A stretch of 55,560 nucleotides of DNA from Octopus bimaculoides. Lineage: Eukaryota. The position numbers and the translations under genes were made by a program. Positions 26,960 through 42,099 of this stretch are shown piece by piece. The notes under the pieces were generated by a model, which saw only the letters and a program-made list of their open reading frames with translations, ran no database searches and had not been told where the DNA came from. The DNA lies in assembly GCF_001194135.2 (NCBI RefSeq), contig NC_068988.1, forward strand, positions 82,965,941 to 83,021,500, given 5' to 3'. The stretch's first letter is position 1, and the number at the start of each line of letters is the position of its first letter.

Positions 26960-27770
26960 TACTGTTAACAATCTTTTGAATATGAATGGTGTCATGTTGT
27001 ATGCTGCGAAGGAGAAACAATTTGAAGTATCACTGCAGATAGTACATGGATTTTCCAAAGAAATAAATATGAAATGTGGTTTAGAAAAAATGTGCCAAAG
27101 TGACTTTGAAGAGACAAAAATTTATTAAGAACGCTAATATGATACTAGATAATGAAACTGAATTAAGAGAATTAGTCCCCCAAAAGACATACAGATACTG
27201 AGGAATGCATGAACTAGACAATGTACAACACATATAAATGAAAGAAAAGTTCATGAAGGAATATTACAGGCACATCAAATTAATACTTAAAATAGAGTTA
27301 AATGCAAGAATAAATTAATAGGTATTGGTTGTAGCTGTCCTCAAAGTAAGTATTCTCAATAGGATGCAAAGTATTCTCAATAGGATGCAAAATATTCTCA
27401 ATAGGATGCTAAATGACGAGCTTGGCTAAATAGGAAAGCAAGGGAAATAATGACTGTATTTAGAATACACCACCCAAAATCTGACCCTAGAAGATTATGT
27501 TCAAGAACAAGAAATCTTTTAAAAGTAGAAAACTATTACAAAATAGCCAGAGTAGAATTGCTAAATATCTAGTACAGAATTATGGAAAATTAATGCAAAT
27601 AGTGACAAAGAATGAACAAAATAAAATTTAAAAAATGTTTTCTATCTCCAAGGAAACCACCAAATGGAAAATAGAGTCTGCAACAACAGCCAGCTATGAA
27701 GAAAATGGAAAAACAATAACAGAAATCATGAAACAGTTAAATTTAAACTAAAATTGGCAAAACATATTCC
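26960..27770 (+). mobile_element. Decayed R4/Dong-like LINE RT fragment
   Basis: MLYAAKEKQFEVSLQIVHGFSKEINMKCGLEK resembles the post-YxDD region of RLE-type RTs; many stops. Confidence 0.6.
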
Positions 27771-28009
27771 CAATCTTCTGTTCATAACACACACACATAC
27801 ACTCACATATTCACAATCTCTTGTACATAACACACACACAATTCACACAGATACATACACAATTTGCATGCATGCGCACACACACTTGCACACATATAAT
27901 TCAAGTAGAAGGATGAACTTGACAAACAGCTGGTAGGAAGAGGTAAAGAAATAATAATTTTACATAGCTGTGTATGTGTTTGTGTATATATATATATATA
28001 TATATATGG

Positions 28010-28380
28010 ATGAGAAGACCCATCAAGCCAAGTGAAATCAGTCATGGCTGATGCCAGTGTTGTGTAACTGGCACCCATGCTGGTGGCATATAAAAAGCAC
28101 CCTTCAAACTATGGGCCTCACAGAGGCAGTGACAAGTGACCAAGACCTTTGGCGATACACCATGTTGTCAAGCCAAGTGAGATCGTAGTCGTGGGCAATG
28201 CTGGTGTTTCATAACTAGCATGTAAAAAGCTACACTCTTGGAGTGGTTGGTATAGAAACCATGCCAAATCAGATTGAAACCTGGTGCAGCTACCCAGCTT
28301 ATCAGCTTTCAGTGAAACCGTTCAATCCATGCCAGTATGGAAAACGGAAGTTAAATGATGATGATGATGATGATGATATA
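28010..28380 (+). mobile_element. RTE-LINE 3' tail repeat
   Basis: gagaagacccatcaagccaagtgaaatc...aatccatgccagtatggaaaacggaagttaaatgatgatgat. Confidence 0.75.
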
Positions 28381-29597
28381 TATGTAAAGGTAATATTAAT
28401 AATGACTAAGGTGGCAGGCTGGCTGAATTGTTACTGTGCTGGAAAAATTGCTCAGTGGCATTTCTTCTGACTTTACATTCTGAGTTCAAATTCTGTCCGG
28501 GTCAACTTTGCCTTTCATCCTTTCAGGGTTGATAAAATAAGCACCAGCCAGTTGTGAACTGGGGTTGGTATAATCAACATAGCCCCTCCCCTGAACTTGC
28601 TGGTCTTGTACTAACGTTTGAAATCGATATTAATAGTATCTGTTTATACATGGTGGTAAAAGTATACCCCCAAAGGGTAACACTAGTAATAATAATGATG
28701 ATGATGATATGAACTTTTCCAAAATAATAATCATTATAATTAAGATAATAATGATGATGAAACTACCACTGCTACTGTCGTCATTGCTGCCATCATTGTC
28801 ATTGTTGTCTTCATTATCTTTCTCTATTTGCTTCACTGCAAATTCATTTTGTTGAGGAACCAAAGATGTTCCTCTGATTCTCAGCTGTAATTATGTTACC
28901 TAGCTCAACCACTCTTCCTTCCTCTTTAGTATAACAATACAACATGGTATTAGAAGTAGATCTAGCAGCAGCAGTGGTGGTGATAGTGGTGGTGGTGGTG
29001 GTAATGGTTGTTTGTTTTGCTAATGAGTTTTAGAATATAGTTTAGTGAACAAATTCATTTACAGAGATTTTTGGACGCAGTTATTACTGTGTAGTTAAGA
29101 AGTTTGCTGCTCAGTTACAGGATTGCAACACCTTCTACTCTAGACTCAGGTGGAATAAAGTTTTGTGAGCATAGTTTGGTTAGTAGTTTCCTGCTTTTGG
29201 GTTTGGTAGATTCACTAACTTATTAGGTTTAACACCTTGACTATCTGGACCTGAGCGCTTAGCAGAGTCTCTCTCATCTGTTGTAAACATTTTCTGGTCA
29301 GATATTTCCTGTCTTCCCTGACGAGATGTAAAACATGTATTAATACAAAAATATTAACACACATACACACACAAACGCACGCATGCACACGCATGCACAC
29401 GCATGCACACACACACACACACATACATGACAATGCATTCCATTCTTCAGAACAAGAGCCATCACACATATGCGTGTGTATATATATATATATATATGTA
29501 TCTATATGTACATGTAGATGAAGGTATGTACATACATGTACATATATATGCATATACTCATATATTGTTTATATATATATATATATATATATATGTA

Positions 29598-30292
29598 CAG
29601 GGTGCAATGGGTAAATTGTTGCCATTCGTTGCCATTCTATGCTTTCAATTTCGCACATGCACATTGTTTATTTTGGATTTTGTTGACTACACAGTATAGT
29701 AGGGTTAGATGGCCTTTCTGTGAGAAAAACAGCACCATGAAGCAATTCACTCTGCCAGAAATTTGGAAACAACATGCTGTACTGCTTGGCATTCATGCTG
29801 GAAACTCCAGTATAAACATTTCAGAGTGTTTGAGTGTCAATCTGAGGACAGTGCAATCGGAGGACATGTACTGATAGTGATAAAAATCAAACATCCAGTC
29901 AACCTCATGATGCTTCAAGTGATCACTAGTGATGGTGACGTTATGCCTCCATTCATTTTCCCACACAGCCTCACACTCAACACGGAGGCCTACATCAAGT
30001 GCCTGGAGGAGGTAGTGCTGCCCTGGGTCGAGAGGGTGGTTGCTGGAAGACCCTGTATCTGGCAACAGGACTCTGCACCATACCACATGAGCAGGAGAAC
30101 CCAGTCGTAGCTGTCTGACAATTTCTACGACCACAGCACCCCTAACATCTGGCCACCTAACTCCCCAGACTTGATTATGTTGTGTTGTGTTGGGTACAGT
30201 TGAGTGAGAAAACAACAAAATTCCTTGTAACACCAAAGATGAACTGAAGGCAAGGATTATGGCAGCATTCACAGTTTATTCACTGCACGGTG
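29598..30292 (+). mobile_element. Internally deleted maT element, copy 2
   Basis: TA|cagggtgcaatgggtaaattg left end, acagtttattcactgcac right end; WQQDSAPYH and WPPNSPD motifs; colinear with copy 1. Confidence 0.9.
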
Positions 30293-30310
30293 TGTGTGTG
30301 TGTGTATATG

Positions 30311-30341
<31 letters not shown>

Positions 30342-30710
30342 TATCAATAATTAATATTATCAAGGGCAATGAGAAATATTAGAAATTTCTACTACCAGTG
30401 GCCTAGCGTGTAAAATTTAGTCAATAGACTATATATTATTCATATAAATACAGTGTACATTTAAACACATAAGAGGCATCCATTATATGGATTCCTTGCA
30501 TGCTAGAAAGAACAGTTAAATTCCATACCACTATTTAGGGATAAAACTTCGAAGGGAATGAAAAATAAAAACATTTACCATCTAACTCCTGGACCAATGG
30601 TTTCAGACTTATTTTAGCAAATAAAATAATTTGCTAAGTGAAGTCTTCTTAGAATGTACAATTAGAATGTATAAGCATGAGGCAGATACTGGATTGACTC
30701 GTGTATATAT

Positions 30711-30966
30711 NNNNNNNNNNNNNNNNNNNNNNNNNNNNNNNNNNNNNNNNNNNNNNNNNNNNNNNNNNNNNNNNNNNNNNNNNNNNNNNNNNNNNNNNNN
30801 NNNNNNNNNNNNNNNNNNNNNNNNNNNNNNNNNNNNNNNNNNNNNNNNNNNNNNNNNNNNNNNNNNNNNNNNNNNNNNNNNNNNNNNNNNNNNNNNNNNN
30901 NNNNNNNNNNNNNNNNNNNNNNNNNNNNNNNNNNNNNNNNNNNNNNNNNNNNNNNNNNNNNNNNNN
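30711..30966. other. Assembly gap
   Basis: Run of N. Confidence 1.
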
Positions 30967-31005
<39 letters not shown>

Positions 31006-31188
31006 TCATCATCATCATCATCATCATCAACATCATCGTTTAACATCCATTTTACCATGTTGGCATTGGGTTAGACAGTTTGACAGGAGCTGGCCAGTCA
31101 GAGAGCTGTCCCAGCTCCAATTGTCTGTATTGGCATGGTCTCTAGAGCTGGATGCCCTTCCAAATCCCATAAACACATACACACTCTG

Positions 31189-31230
<42 letters not shown>

Positions 31231-31399
31231 GCATACATGCATAGGCATAGCTGTGTGGTTGAGAAATTTGCTTTCCAAGTACATGGTTTCAAGTCCAGTC
31301 CCATTGTATAGCACTTCTTTACATAAGTGTCTTCTACTACAGCCTTGAACCGACCAAAGTCTTGTGAGTAAATTTGTTAGACAGAAACTGAAACTGATG

Positions 31400-32035
31400 C
31401 AGAAAAGGAATTTGGATGCAAATAAGCTACATGGATGTGACAACTAATGCAGACTTTGTAGAATTAACATTGAGTATGTCACCTACTTCGTAAGTAGCAG
31501 CCCCAAATAATGTCCTCATGGTATTACTTAACAGTGAAACAAGATGTTACGGCTGGAACACTAATGAAATCTATGGTATGGATAATCTTAGCAATACAAA
31601 TATTAGAAGCAACAGTGATGTGAATGGCACAGCAACACATTTTGTAAGACTACAAGTGGAACATCCATGTCAGAACTTCAGTAAAAAACAGACCAAACAT
31701 TATGATCTGGGAGAGAGAAAGGAAACTATGCACAATAGTTGAAATCAGTTGGCCAGTAGATTTCAGCATAATGTTAAAGGTTAGTAGAAAAGAAAACTTC
31801 TATGTTGAACAATTGAAAAATATGAAAATTTTCCATCCAAACCATGAATTTAGGTTTCCACCAAAAATTATTGGAGTATTTGGTCATGTGACTTATTGCC
31901 TCAGAACCAATTTTGAGAAGTTGGGATTCACAAAGCCAGAAAGAAAATGCCTAATTAGGAGATTAGAGCTATAAGCTATCAAAGGTAAGGTTGTAATATG
32001 TGAAAGATTCATGAAATTCAGTGTGTAATAAGATA
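31400..32035 (+). mobile_element. R4/Dong-like LINE 3' end (CCHC knuckle plus restriction-like endonuclease)
   Basis: CRLCRINIEYVTYFVSSSP, then IWERERKLCTIVEISWPVDFSI..K..K..Y....IIGVFGHV (ORF 31702..31974). Confidence 0.8.
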
Positions 32036-32987
32036 TACATATGCATTGTCATCAATGCTTAGCCTACACACACACACACACACGTGTGTACATGCATACA
32101 TACATGTATACATAAGTATGTGTATGTGTATATACATACATCCATACATACACACACACACGCACACATAATTCAAATAGAGGTTATAATAGCCTCATAA
32201 AGGGATGGTATCATCCAAGGAAATACTGGTTCAATACCTAATATTTTTTGGGGAGGAGATTAATATCCATAAAATAATAGGTTTATATATAAACCATGGT
32301 TTATAGTCACGTGGATGAATAATAATAAAATGGAAATATTGAAGTTAATAAGAGTTTATTATCGGCAAAAAAATCGATCCTTATCCCTTACAGCTGTTTC
32401 AATCAAGTTCAGTGAAATTAAATAAGTATTAAAATCATATTTCTGAGCTTAATTTCTTCAGAGGGAGGAAGAATATACCCTTAGATATTTTATGCATTAT
32501 TTGAATCATCACAGTAGACTGAATAATATTGTTTATGATTGGTAATGGTATATGTCTTGGTGAGGGGGTAACAGGTTTGTTATGGGTAAGATATAGTATG
32601 CAAATATAATTAGTGTAATGAAGAGTAAGTAAATAGAGATTGAAGATTAAATTACAATGTGAATAAAGTACATTATGAATGAGGTGAGGAATTGAATTAC
32701 ATTTGTAAGTTATATATAATATAAAAAAATTGAGATAAATATATCTATATATAAAAATACACACATACATGTAAAAATATATACATATATACATATACAC
32801 ACATACATATATATATATGTGTGTGTGTGTGTGTGTAGAATGTGAATATAGTTATCTATGCAACAGAAGCATACGTAGGTCATAGTTAAACCAAATATGC
32901 TATATAATTGACTCTAAAAAAATATGTAGATACATTAATCTCAATAGTCATTGTAATTGTCTTGTCTGTCTGTCTGAATGTATGTAT

Positions 32988-33023
<36 letters not shown>

Positions 33024-35219
33024 TTGTATGTGTGTGTAAGTACAAACATTGTTAAAGAGATGTGTAGAAGGGAGTATGGTATTTATTACATAAAGACATG
33101 GGTAACAACATATGTAATATACTGAATATGATATTAAATGCATCTTAATTTGATTGAAAGAAACAAACAAAATTGTTCCAATCAGTTATATTCTTTCTAA
33201 TTTTGGCCCAAGGTCAGTAGTTTTGAGTGGAGGGGCAAGTTGATTACACCAACTGAAAGAATGAGTCAAAATTGACCTCAGCAGAATTTGAACTTAAAAC
33301 ATAGAGATCCAGAAAAAATAACCACTAAGTATTTGTCTGACATGCTAATGATTCTGACAACTCACTGTCTTCAGACCTAAATATCATATTAGAGTATGAT
33401 AGTAAAATGTTATCATGTTTAAGTAATTATGACATCAGCAATACAGAAAAAAAAAAAGATATAAAGGGCTAAATGCTACCTATATACCTACATCATTTGT
33501 TGCTGCACTAAAGCTGTTCTTCAACTTTGTACCACTTGCAAGAAGAGAAGAAAGAACATTATTGATCAAAGTACAGATATTCCCTCTTACTCCATCTTTT
33601 CCCTAATTCTAGAATAAATAAGCTTATATATATATGCTGGAGACATTGGTCATTTGTTTTCATATAAATTTATGGAAGAATAACTGCTATGTGGGCGAAA
33701 TAATTCTTTACTTTCTCTTTCTCATTTCTCTTTGTCTATCAATCAATGACATAATTCATACATATGCAAGATCTAATGGTTATTATGTATGGGCTTGAGT
33801 TGAGTTTGGTGGTGTGGAAATAAAGTAATTCTTTGCTCTAATGTCTTCAGTGAAGTGCAGTCCATTGATAAGAAGTAGTATTGCACACGAACAATAGACC
33901 TACTCAATAAGAATTGCAGAATGTAGTATGTTTCAAGGGGAGGCAGTTATTATAATTTCATTACCAAGATATCTTGGATTGAATTATTGTAAGATAATGA
34001 TTAAGAAATAAAGGTATCAGAATTATTGTTGTTTACACCTGGTCAACTTGATACAACAGACCTATGATTAAAGATGTTCCAGCCATGACCATCACATACT
34101 GTCTTTCAGACTGTGTATTTAGAACCAATTATTCAATTTCTTAAAAGACATGATTTGATGGAAATTTAGTTGCTATTTCTTGCTGGTCAAGCAGCTACAT
34201 TGAGGCTCCCATATTGACTTGAAGATCTCAGAGGTACAAGGACAAAGAAAAATGACATTTTGAGATGTTCACTATTTCCTGAAGGGCAGAAATAAATTCT
34301 AGAAATATTTTAAGTAGAAATCAATGCCAGGTCATGCAGTTAGCTCAGCCACAAGTTCCTAGACAGTACATAAATATTTCTAATTTAGATACAAAATCAA
34401 CAATTTTGAAAGAAGGGGTTAGTTGATTATCTTGATCCCAATACTTGACAAGTACTTTATATTATTGACCACAGGTGCGTTAAAAATTCAAGTTGACCTC
34501 GGTAGGATTTGAACTCTGAACATAAAGAGCCAAAAGAAATACTGCCAGGTATTTCTTCCAAAGTTCTACCATTTCTGCCAGCTCAACACGTTAATGTATT
34601 AGCATATAATGCTGTATAAGGGTTTCTAATTTAAGCAGAAAGCCAGAGTTTTTAAAAGGTGGGGAGACAGTCGAGACCATCGACCCCAGTACTTATCTGA
34701 TACTTTATTTTATTGACTCTGAAAGATGAAAAGCAAAGTCGACCTTGGGAACATCTGAACTTAGAACATTAAAAAAAGCAGAAAAATGCTGCAAGGCATT
34801 TTCCTGTTATGCCAGCAATTCTGCCAGCTCACCACCTTGAAGTATAATGGAAGAATATTATGCAACTGATTTCTTGGTGTCTCTTTTAATCTTCCATGCA
34901 ACATATGCTTAAAAACAATGAATAATGGGGATTTAAAAAAAAATATATATCTTGTATCTATAAGTAAGTTGTTTCATAATCCATACAGAAAACGAAGCTG
35001 ACAAGTGTTAGGAAAGAAATTATTGGGAAGACTTCAAGCCATGATGCTCTTCTCTCTAGTGATAAAATATGGAAAATGAAGTGGCATGGTCATATAATGT
35101 GACACTATGACACTCCATGTCTAGTGATTTTGGTTGTGATAGACAAATTCTTTTCCTGGTAAAAGAGAAGACCATGTAGGAGAAAATGAGCAACATCAAG
35201 GACTGGAGAAAGAGAGAGA

Positions 35220-35530
35220 CATCATCATCATCATTGTTTAACGTCTGCTTTCCATGCTAGCATGGGTTGGATGATTTAACTGGGGACTGGCGAACCAGAT
35301 GGCTACACCAGACTCCAATCTGATCTGGCAGAGTTTCTACAGCTGGATGCCCTTCCTAACGCCAACCACTCTGAGAGTGTAGTGGGTGCTTTTTACATGC
35401 CACTGGCACGAGGGCCAGTCAGGCAGTACTGGCAACGGCCGTGCTCAAATGGTGTTTTTTATGTGCCACCTGCACAGGAGTCAGTCCAATGTTTCGTTCA
35501 CATGCCACTGGCACGAGTGCCAGTAAGGCG
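35220..35530 (-). mobile_element. RTE-LINE 3' tail repeat
   Basis: (CAT)n, ttccatgctagcatgggttgg, ctacagctggatgcccttcctaacgccaacc. Confidence 0.85.
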
Positions 35531-35804
35531 AATCTGGAAACGATGTAAATGGAAAATAAAAAAACTGATTGATGACAGGGAAAAATGTAGAAGGGAGGAT
35601 GTTGAGTCTTTTGTGATCTACCTATGATCTCCCTATGTTGTGAATTTCAGTTTGATAATATTTATGAGAGAATCAGTGAGTTTTGATGATTATGTTTTTG
35701 CCTAAAACCTTTCATATATTTGATCATCTCCAAATCAAAATCATACTTTTTGTTTGCTGAGAATTTTACAATATGTTGCCAATAATATAAATCCTGATAC
35801 TCAC

Positions 35805-35874
35805 AAACAGAACCAGAAATACAGGCACACAATGGATGTAGTCAAAATTGGACATAGGTACAGCTATCCAACAC
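35805..35874 (-). CDS. GPCR exon, ECL2-TM5 (70 nt, phase 2 to 0)
   Basis: ttattgtttcag|G TGT TGG ATA GCT ... CTG TTT|gtgagt; encodes CWIAVPMSNFDYIHCVPVFLVLF with the conserved ECL2 CW. Confidence 0.94.
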
Positions 35875-37149
35875 CTGAAACAATAAAATGTATTAGCCAA
35901 GTTTTTATTGTTTAAATAAACAATACCTATTCACATTTGCATTCATTTTATCCACCAACACTCCTGTATCTTCACTTCATATACTTCTATCATAAATGAA
36001 ATACTGTTATAACTGTTACAAATAAAAATATGCTCTTATCATTATTATTTTTTGGCCAATTTGATTTACAGAAAGTGTTTATGGAAAGGCCAAAGCAGAA
36101 GATGGCAACCAAGAAATACGTAGGCAGATAATTATCAAGAACTGAACAGAGTTAAAATATTGTGAATGTGTAAAGAGAGCCAAAGAAAGACTGAGATGGT
36201 GATCCATGGTATTCATACTACTGAGAGCAGATGATACATGGTGATGGTGGTGGTGGTGGTGGTGATGATGTTGTTACTTTTGCTGGTGGTTGTGGCAATG
36301 TTGTTGCTGCTGCTGTTGCCGCTGATGATGACTCTTTACTGCTATTAAGCATTTAAACTCAATATAAAAGACAAGATGGCAAAGTCATTAGAATGTCAGC
36401 TTCTTTCTGAGTTTAAATCCTATCAGGATCAACTTTATCTTTCGTCTGGGATCAAATAAATAAGTACCAATCCGAAGTATTGAACTAAGGAAATCGTTAG
36501 AGCATCAGTCAAGATGCTTTGCTTTATTTCTTCTAGCTCTTAGCATCCTGAGTTCAAATCATACAATGGCCTTGGGTGGTAGACTGAATCCATTGCCTAG
36601 TTTAATGACATGTGACATCATAAGTGCCTTTTGAGGAGTTCACTTTGTTGCAAGCATTCAGACCAAGTCTCAAGTTTGAGGATACCTTCCTCCCTCTCCC
36701 ATCCGTTTTAGAAGCTCTGTAAACAGTCATGGGTGATGCCCTTCCAACCTTACTAAACCTGTAAAAACCCCAAAGCTTGAACACATTCACAAATATACAG
36801 ACAGGAACTATGAAATATCAGTAATTATTAAATGAAATATCAGTAATTATTAAATGAAATATTGAATGAAAATGAAATATTGAAATATTAAATGAAATAT
36901 CAGTAATTATTAAACTATGAAATATCAGTAATTATCTATGGTAATAGTTCATGAAGTACATACAGAACAGTGAAAATCCAAACAACAAAATATTCATTCA
37001 TAATATTTTCTGGAAGATTCAAATGGGAAATAGCTGATTGCATTTTGTCAGTGAAGAATATCTCCTCCTTGTCGAGAATATGTGCTCATAACATACTGAT
37101 GGTATGTAAAAAGCACTCTTCAAATGTTGGGCAATATACTGCGCTTGAG

Positions 37150-37555
37150 AAGACCTGCCAAGCTGAATGAATTTGTAGTCATGGCTGATGCCAGTGTCAT
37201 GTACCTGGCACCTGTTCTGGTGGCACGTAAAATGTACCCTCCCAACTTTAGGCTTCACAGAGGCAGTGACAAGTGACCAAAACCTTTGGCAATATAATGT
37301 GGTTGAGAAGACCTGTGAAGCCATGTGAGATCATAGTCATGGCCAATGCCAGTGTTTCGTAACTGGCACCCATGCTGGTGGCACATAAAAAGCACCCACT
37401 ACCCTCTTGGAGTGGTTGGCATCCAGCTGTAGAAACCATGCCAAATCAGACTGGAACCTGGTGCAGCTACCCAGCTTACCAGTTTTCAGTCAAGCTGTCC
37501 AACCCATTCCAGCATGGAAAATGGACATTAAATGATGGTGATGATGATGATGAAC
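37150..37555 (+). mobile_element. RTE-LINE 3' tail repeat (further copies at 31005-31170 minus, 38830-39070 plus, 49815-50095 minus)
   Basis: gagaagacctgccaagc...ccagctgtagaaaccatgccaaatcagactgg...attaaatgatggtgatgat. Confidence 0.8.
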
Positions 37556-38506
37556 ACACATGATCCACCAGTGTAAGGAGGCTTTGAAACACAGCAGTAT
37601 TTCAACTTGTGTATCTTCTTAGTAAAAGTCACCACCAGATCAGTGAATCTAACAAGATTATTGATTTTTTATTTATAGACCTCAGCAAACAAATTACTTG
37701 CTGATGCTAATTCATGAGGTGCACACAGAACAGTGAGACACAGTGAAACACCATGGTGTCTCAAAATCCCCTTACATCAATGGATCATGAGTGCTACGGA
37801 CATACATTGTCTAAAGGTATGAGATGTTCTCTGATAATGAAATACAACAGTGATCAGCATATTCACATTCAAATCTGCCAGAATGTATTGAGATTGAATA
37901 GATACATTATAATCAATGGTAACAACATTAAAACAGGAACAGTAACAGCATGCAGCAATGACAACATCAAGAGTGACAAGCTGTGTTGCGTTTATCTTAA
38001 ACAAGTGATTTAATACTCTGAAAACAGAAAAATGCAAATCAGAGTCAATTTTAAACTACTATTAGAAAATTTCACATTTATAGCATTAAATATTTTAATT
38101 AGTTTAACTTCATTTTAACGTCTACTTTACATGCTTGCATGGGTCAGATGGGACTATGCTTGTGGAGAGGGCATATGGCTTGACACCCTTCCTATAGGCA
38201 ACCTTCACCTGTTTCTAAGCAAGGTAATAATCCTCCAGTCTATGGGAAAACAAACAACCAGGAGATAGTTACATGGAGAATTGGAAGTAAATGACACCAT
38301 TTAAAGGCACTTTTTGTTTACAAAGATTGTGCAATGCGTTACATAGCTTGGACATGCTTTTACAGTAGACTGCAAGCAAACAACAGCCTGTATGAATAGC
38401 AATAATTTGGTTAAAGTCAGCAAACACATATATAAACAAGGAGAAATACTCACTCACTTGCACAAACACTCGCACACACATATCCATCCATCCCTCCATT
38501 CATCCA

Positions 38507-38553
<47 letters not shown>

Positions 38554-39314
38554 TTCTCTCTCTATCTCTTTCTCTCTCTCATATACATTTATAAATATAT
38601 ATCAGACAAGAGAAAAAAAGAGAGAGGATGGATGAAAGCGACACTTCATCACCACTATTTTATTTCTTGTTCCACCTTGTCTTCAATAGTGTTAGTAGCC
38701 TTGTATCTCTTCTTCAGCGAGAGATCTGTTCTGTTCTCTTCTTTCCTATTTTAACCTCTCACCTCCTAGCATAAACCTGCTTCCCTCTCTTCTATAGTTC
38801 CACTCACTCAAAAAGAATCTTAGTCTCACAGGCTGCATGGCGACTTTACTAGTACTAGTGACATGAAAAAAGCACCCAGTATATGCTACAAAGTGGTTGG
38901 TATTAGGAAAAGCATGCAACTATTGAAATCATGCAAAACTGACACTGGAGCAGAACACAGTCCAGGGACCTATCAGACCCTGTCAAACTATGCAACCCAT
39001 GCCATCATAGAACATTGTTAAATGATGATGATGACGATGATGATGTTGATGACGACAATGATGATGATGATATTTGAGAAGCTTCATTTTTTGTCAACCA
39101 ATTTCACTCAAATTGTGCTGATCAACATGCAGCTACAGTATAAGATGTTAGTTATAATCAACAGCATCCACACAATGGGATTGAACCATTAACTATGTAG
39201 GCTAAAGTGAACTTCTTAACTACACAACCATACTTGTGTCTTGTTTATTCAAACATGGTTCTTGAATGATTGCCACTACAGTAATGAAACTACAACAAAC
39301 AGAGCATTTATTAA

Positions 39315-39535
39315 CCCTTTAGCACTTAAACCAGCCATATCTAGCCCAAATATTCTAAATGTTGTATGTTGAATCCAGCTAGATCTGGTCCTTCACATCT
39401 AGCCTGCAATATCATTTTAAAAATAAACAACCTTAACATCGAAATCTCAAATCTGCAAGATAATGCATGGTCAATTAAAAACAGTGTTAATTAAGTAAGC
39501 ATTACATTTGACAGAATAATCTGAAGGCTAAAGGG
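39315..39535. mobile_element. piggyBac-type MITE
   Basis: TTAA|ccctttagc ... gctaaaggg|ttgc; 9-bp TIR, right TTAA degenerate. Confidence 0.75.
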
Positions 39536-39640
39536 TTGCTTCAATAGGTCAAGATACGCAAAGTATCAGTGATATGTTTATTTTTAGTTCAAGCATGCAT
39601 GCATGCACGCATGCACACACACACACACACACACACACAA

Positions 39641-39983
<343 letters not shown>

Positions 39984-40365
39984 TTCAAAAGTATTGTTCT
40001 ACATCAAGAGACATACAGAAGAAGATTTCCAGAAACAATCAGCTTGAAATATTGAAATACAAATGGTCTTTACTGTAACAAGGTTTGTATCTTATCTTCA
40101 AAATCTTCTAAGTAGATCATTACACAGGAGTTTATATAACATGTTTTGGACAGACAGTAGTCACTGCTCATAAACATAGCTGACATGCAAGTATTTCTGT
40201 ATGTGTATATACATACTTACATTGATTTATGTATGCATGTATATATATATATCTATGTGTATCTACATGCACATGTATCAATCTTACTATAACTATCTGT
40301 CAGTATGTATTTATGCAATGTCTGTATGTGCGTGTGTATAAATTTATATATATATATATATATAT

Positions 40366-40403
<38 letters not shown>

Positions 40404-40480
40404 AAAATATACTGCATATATCAGGTGAATGGGGAATTAATGACGATTATGAAAGAATTTTTATTCAAGAAACTACTTAC

Positions 40481-40541
40481 GAGTTATTTTCAAAGTGAGC
40501 TTTTAGAAGTGCCCAGACAAGAATTAATGGGAAAGGAATTC
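40481..40541 (-). CDS. GPCR exon, TM4-ECL2 (61 nt, phase 1 to 2)
   Basis: tctattatag|GA ATT CCT TTC CCA ... AAT AAC TC|gtaagt; encodes (G)IPFPLILVWALLKAHFENN(S). Confidence 0.95.
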
Positions 40542-41246
40542 CTATAATAGAAAGACAACAGATTATAAGTTTGTTAAACATAAAGAAAAATATTGAGAAT
40601 CTGTACACTGACATACATACACATAAACATGCATACATGCATGCAAACATACATGCATGCAAACATACATAGATGCCATCAGTTAGAGAAACAATGAAAA
40701 CTTGTAAAACATTTCAGGGCTTCTTCATTTGAAGTTCCTGGGTGAACATACACACAGTCACATATACATATGGAATACATTTGCATCTGCACTTTTAAAT
40801 TGTAATGAAACACACAAACGCTTATTCTATTGGGACGTGTACACCTTTGAGTGGAAGTTTATCCATACACACATACATAAACCATTTCAAGTAACCACAA
40901 ACACAAGTGATGTCTTGACTTAGACAAAAGAGCCTTGCCACTTTGTTAGTGACTGGCATGAAGTCAGCAGGAGAAAATTCTTAAAAACAAATATCAAAGA
41001 AACATACCTGTTTATGTGTGTTTGTGTGTAGAAGAAGAGAGAGAGGGGAGAGAGAGGTGGAGGGAAGGGGAGAGAGAAAGAAAGACTAGAGAGTGTGTGA
41101 TATTTAAATTTTGCCATCTTGTCAACTTACAGTGACAGTCATTATGTATTCCTTGAGAATAAAATATTTTAGACTTTACTTTGGTATTTTGTCATTTTCC
41201 AGGGAATCAGCTAATGTTATTTGCTCTATTTAATCTTCTCTGAAAG

Positions 41247-41286
<40 letters not shown>

Positions 41287-42099
41287 ATGTGTGCGTTTAC
41301 ATTTCGAAATGTAGAAGCTTCGAGAAATATGTATGTATGTGTGTGTGTATGTATGTATGTATGTATGTATGTATGTATGTGTGTATGTATGGATGGATGG
41401 ATGGATGGATGTGTGTGTGTGTATGTATAAATATAAAAACGGAACAAAACACAATAGAGGGCATTAAAACATTTGGACAGATGGACAACACAAAGGTGAA
41501 CAAGAGAAACAACAATTAGAAGGACAGGCAATAAAAGACGGGTCATTCTTGGCTTTCTTTCTTCTGTCAAATACCAGAAGTCACGACCATTTTGGACAGT
41601 TACACTTGAGATGGTTCGATCTGGTTGTCCCCAAAAAAACTCTACGCTAAGAGCATTAGACCCCTTTGTAAGAAAGCTAGCGAATGTGTATGGCAACAAA
41701 GATTAAAAAAAACCCAGAGAACATGGTACACAATTACGAATACAACAAGAAATAGCAACAGGCGTCTTTCTACTGAGAATGATTCAAATTGAGCTGTTAT
41801 ATTTCGGGACGGTAATTTTTTTTTCTACCAAATAAACACATGCATTATATATTTGTTCTTCACTCATTTATTGCTGTTTTTATTCTAACTCAAGTCCATT
41901 GTCTGGAAATCTTTCGTCACACATCTGTGACCTCCTTAGCAACACTTTCCATTTTCACGTGTGCTCTTGTTCTGCTTATTCTATTCTAATGGAATAAGCA
42001 GAGCAAGAGCACACAGGAAGAATATGAACAGTAATAAATGAATGAAGAATGAATATATAGTGTGTGTGTTTATTTGGCAAAAAAAAAGGACCATCCCAA

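Noticed and set aside
22944-31189. Long ORFs of 120-367 aa in this interval
   Set aside because: Inflated by N runs; the only real content is RTE and maT remnants
41298-41313. 16-bp palindrome tacatttcgaaatgta as a ribozyme or regulatory site
   Set aside because: No CUGANGA core; too short to support a function
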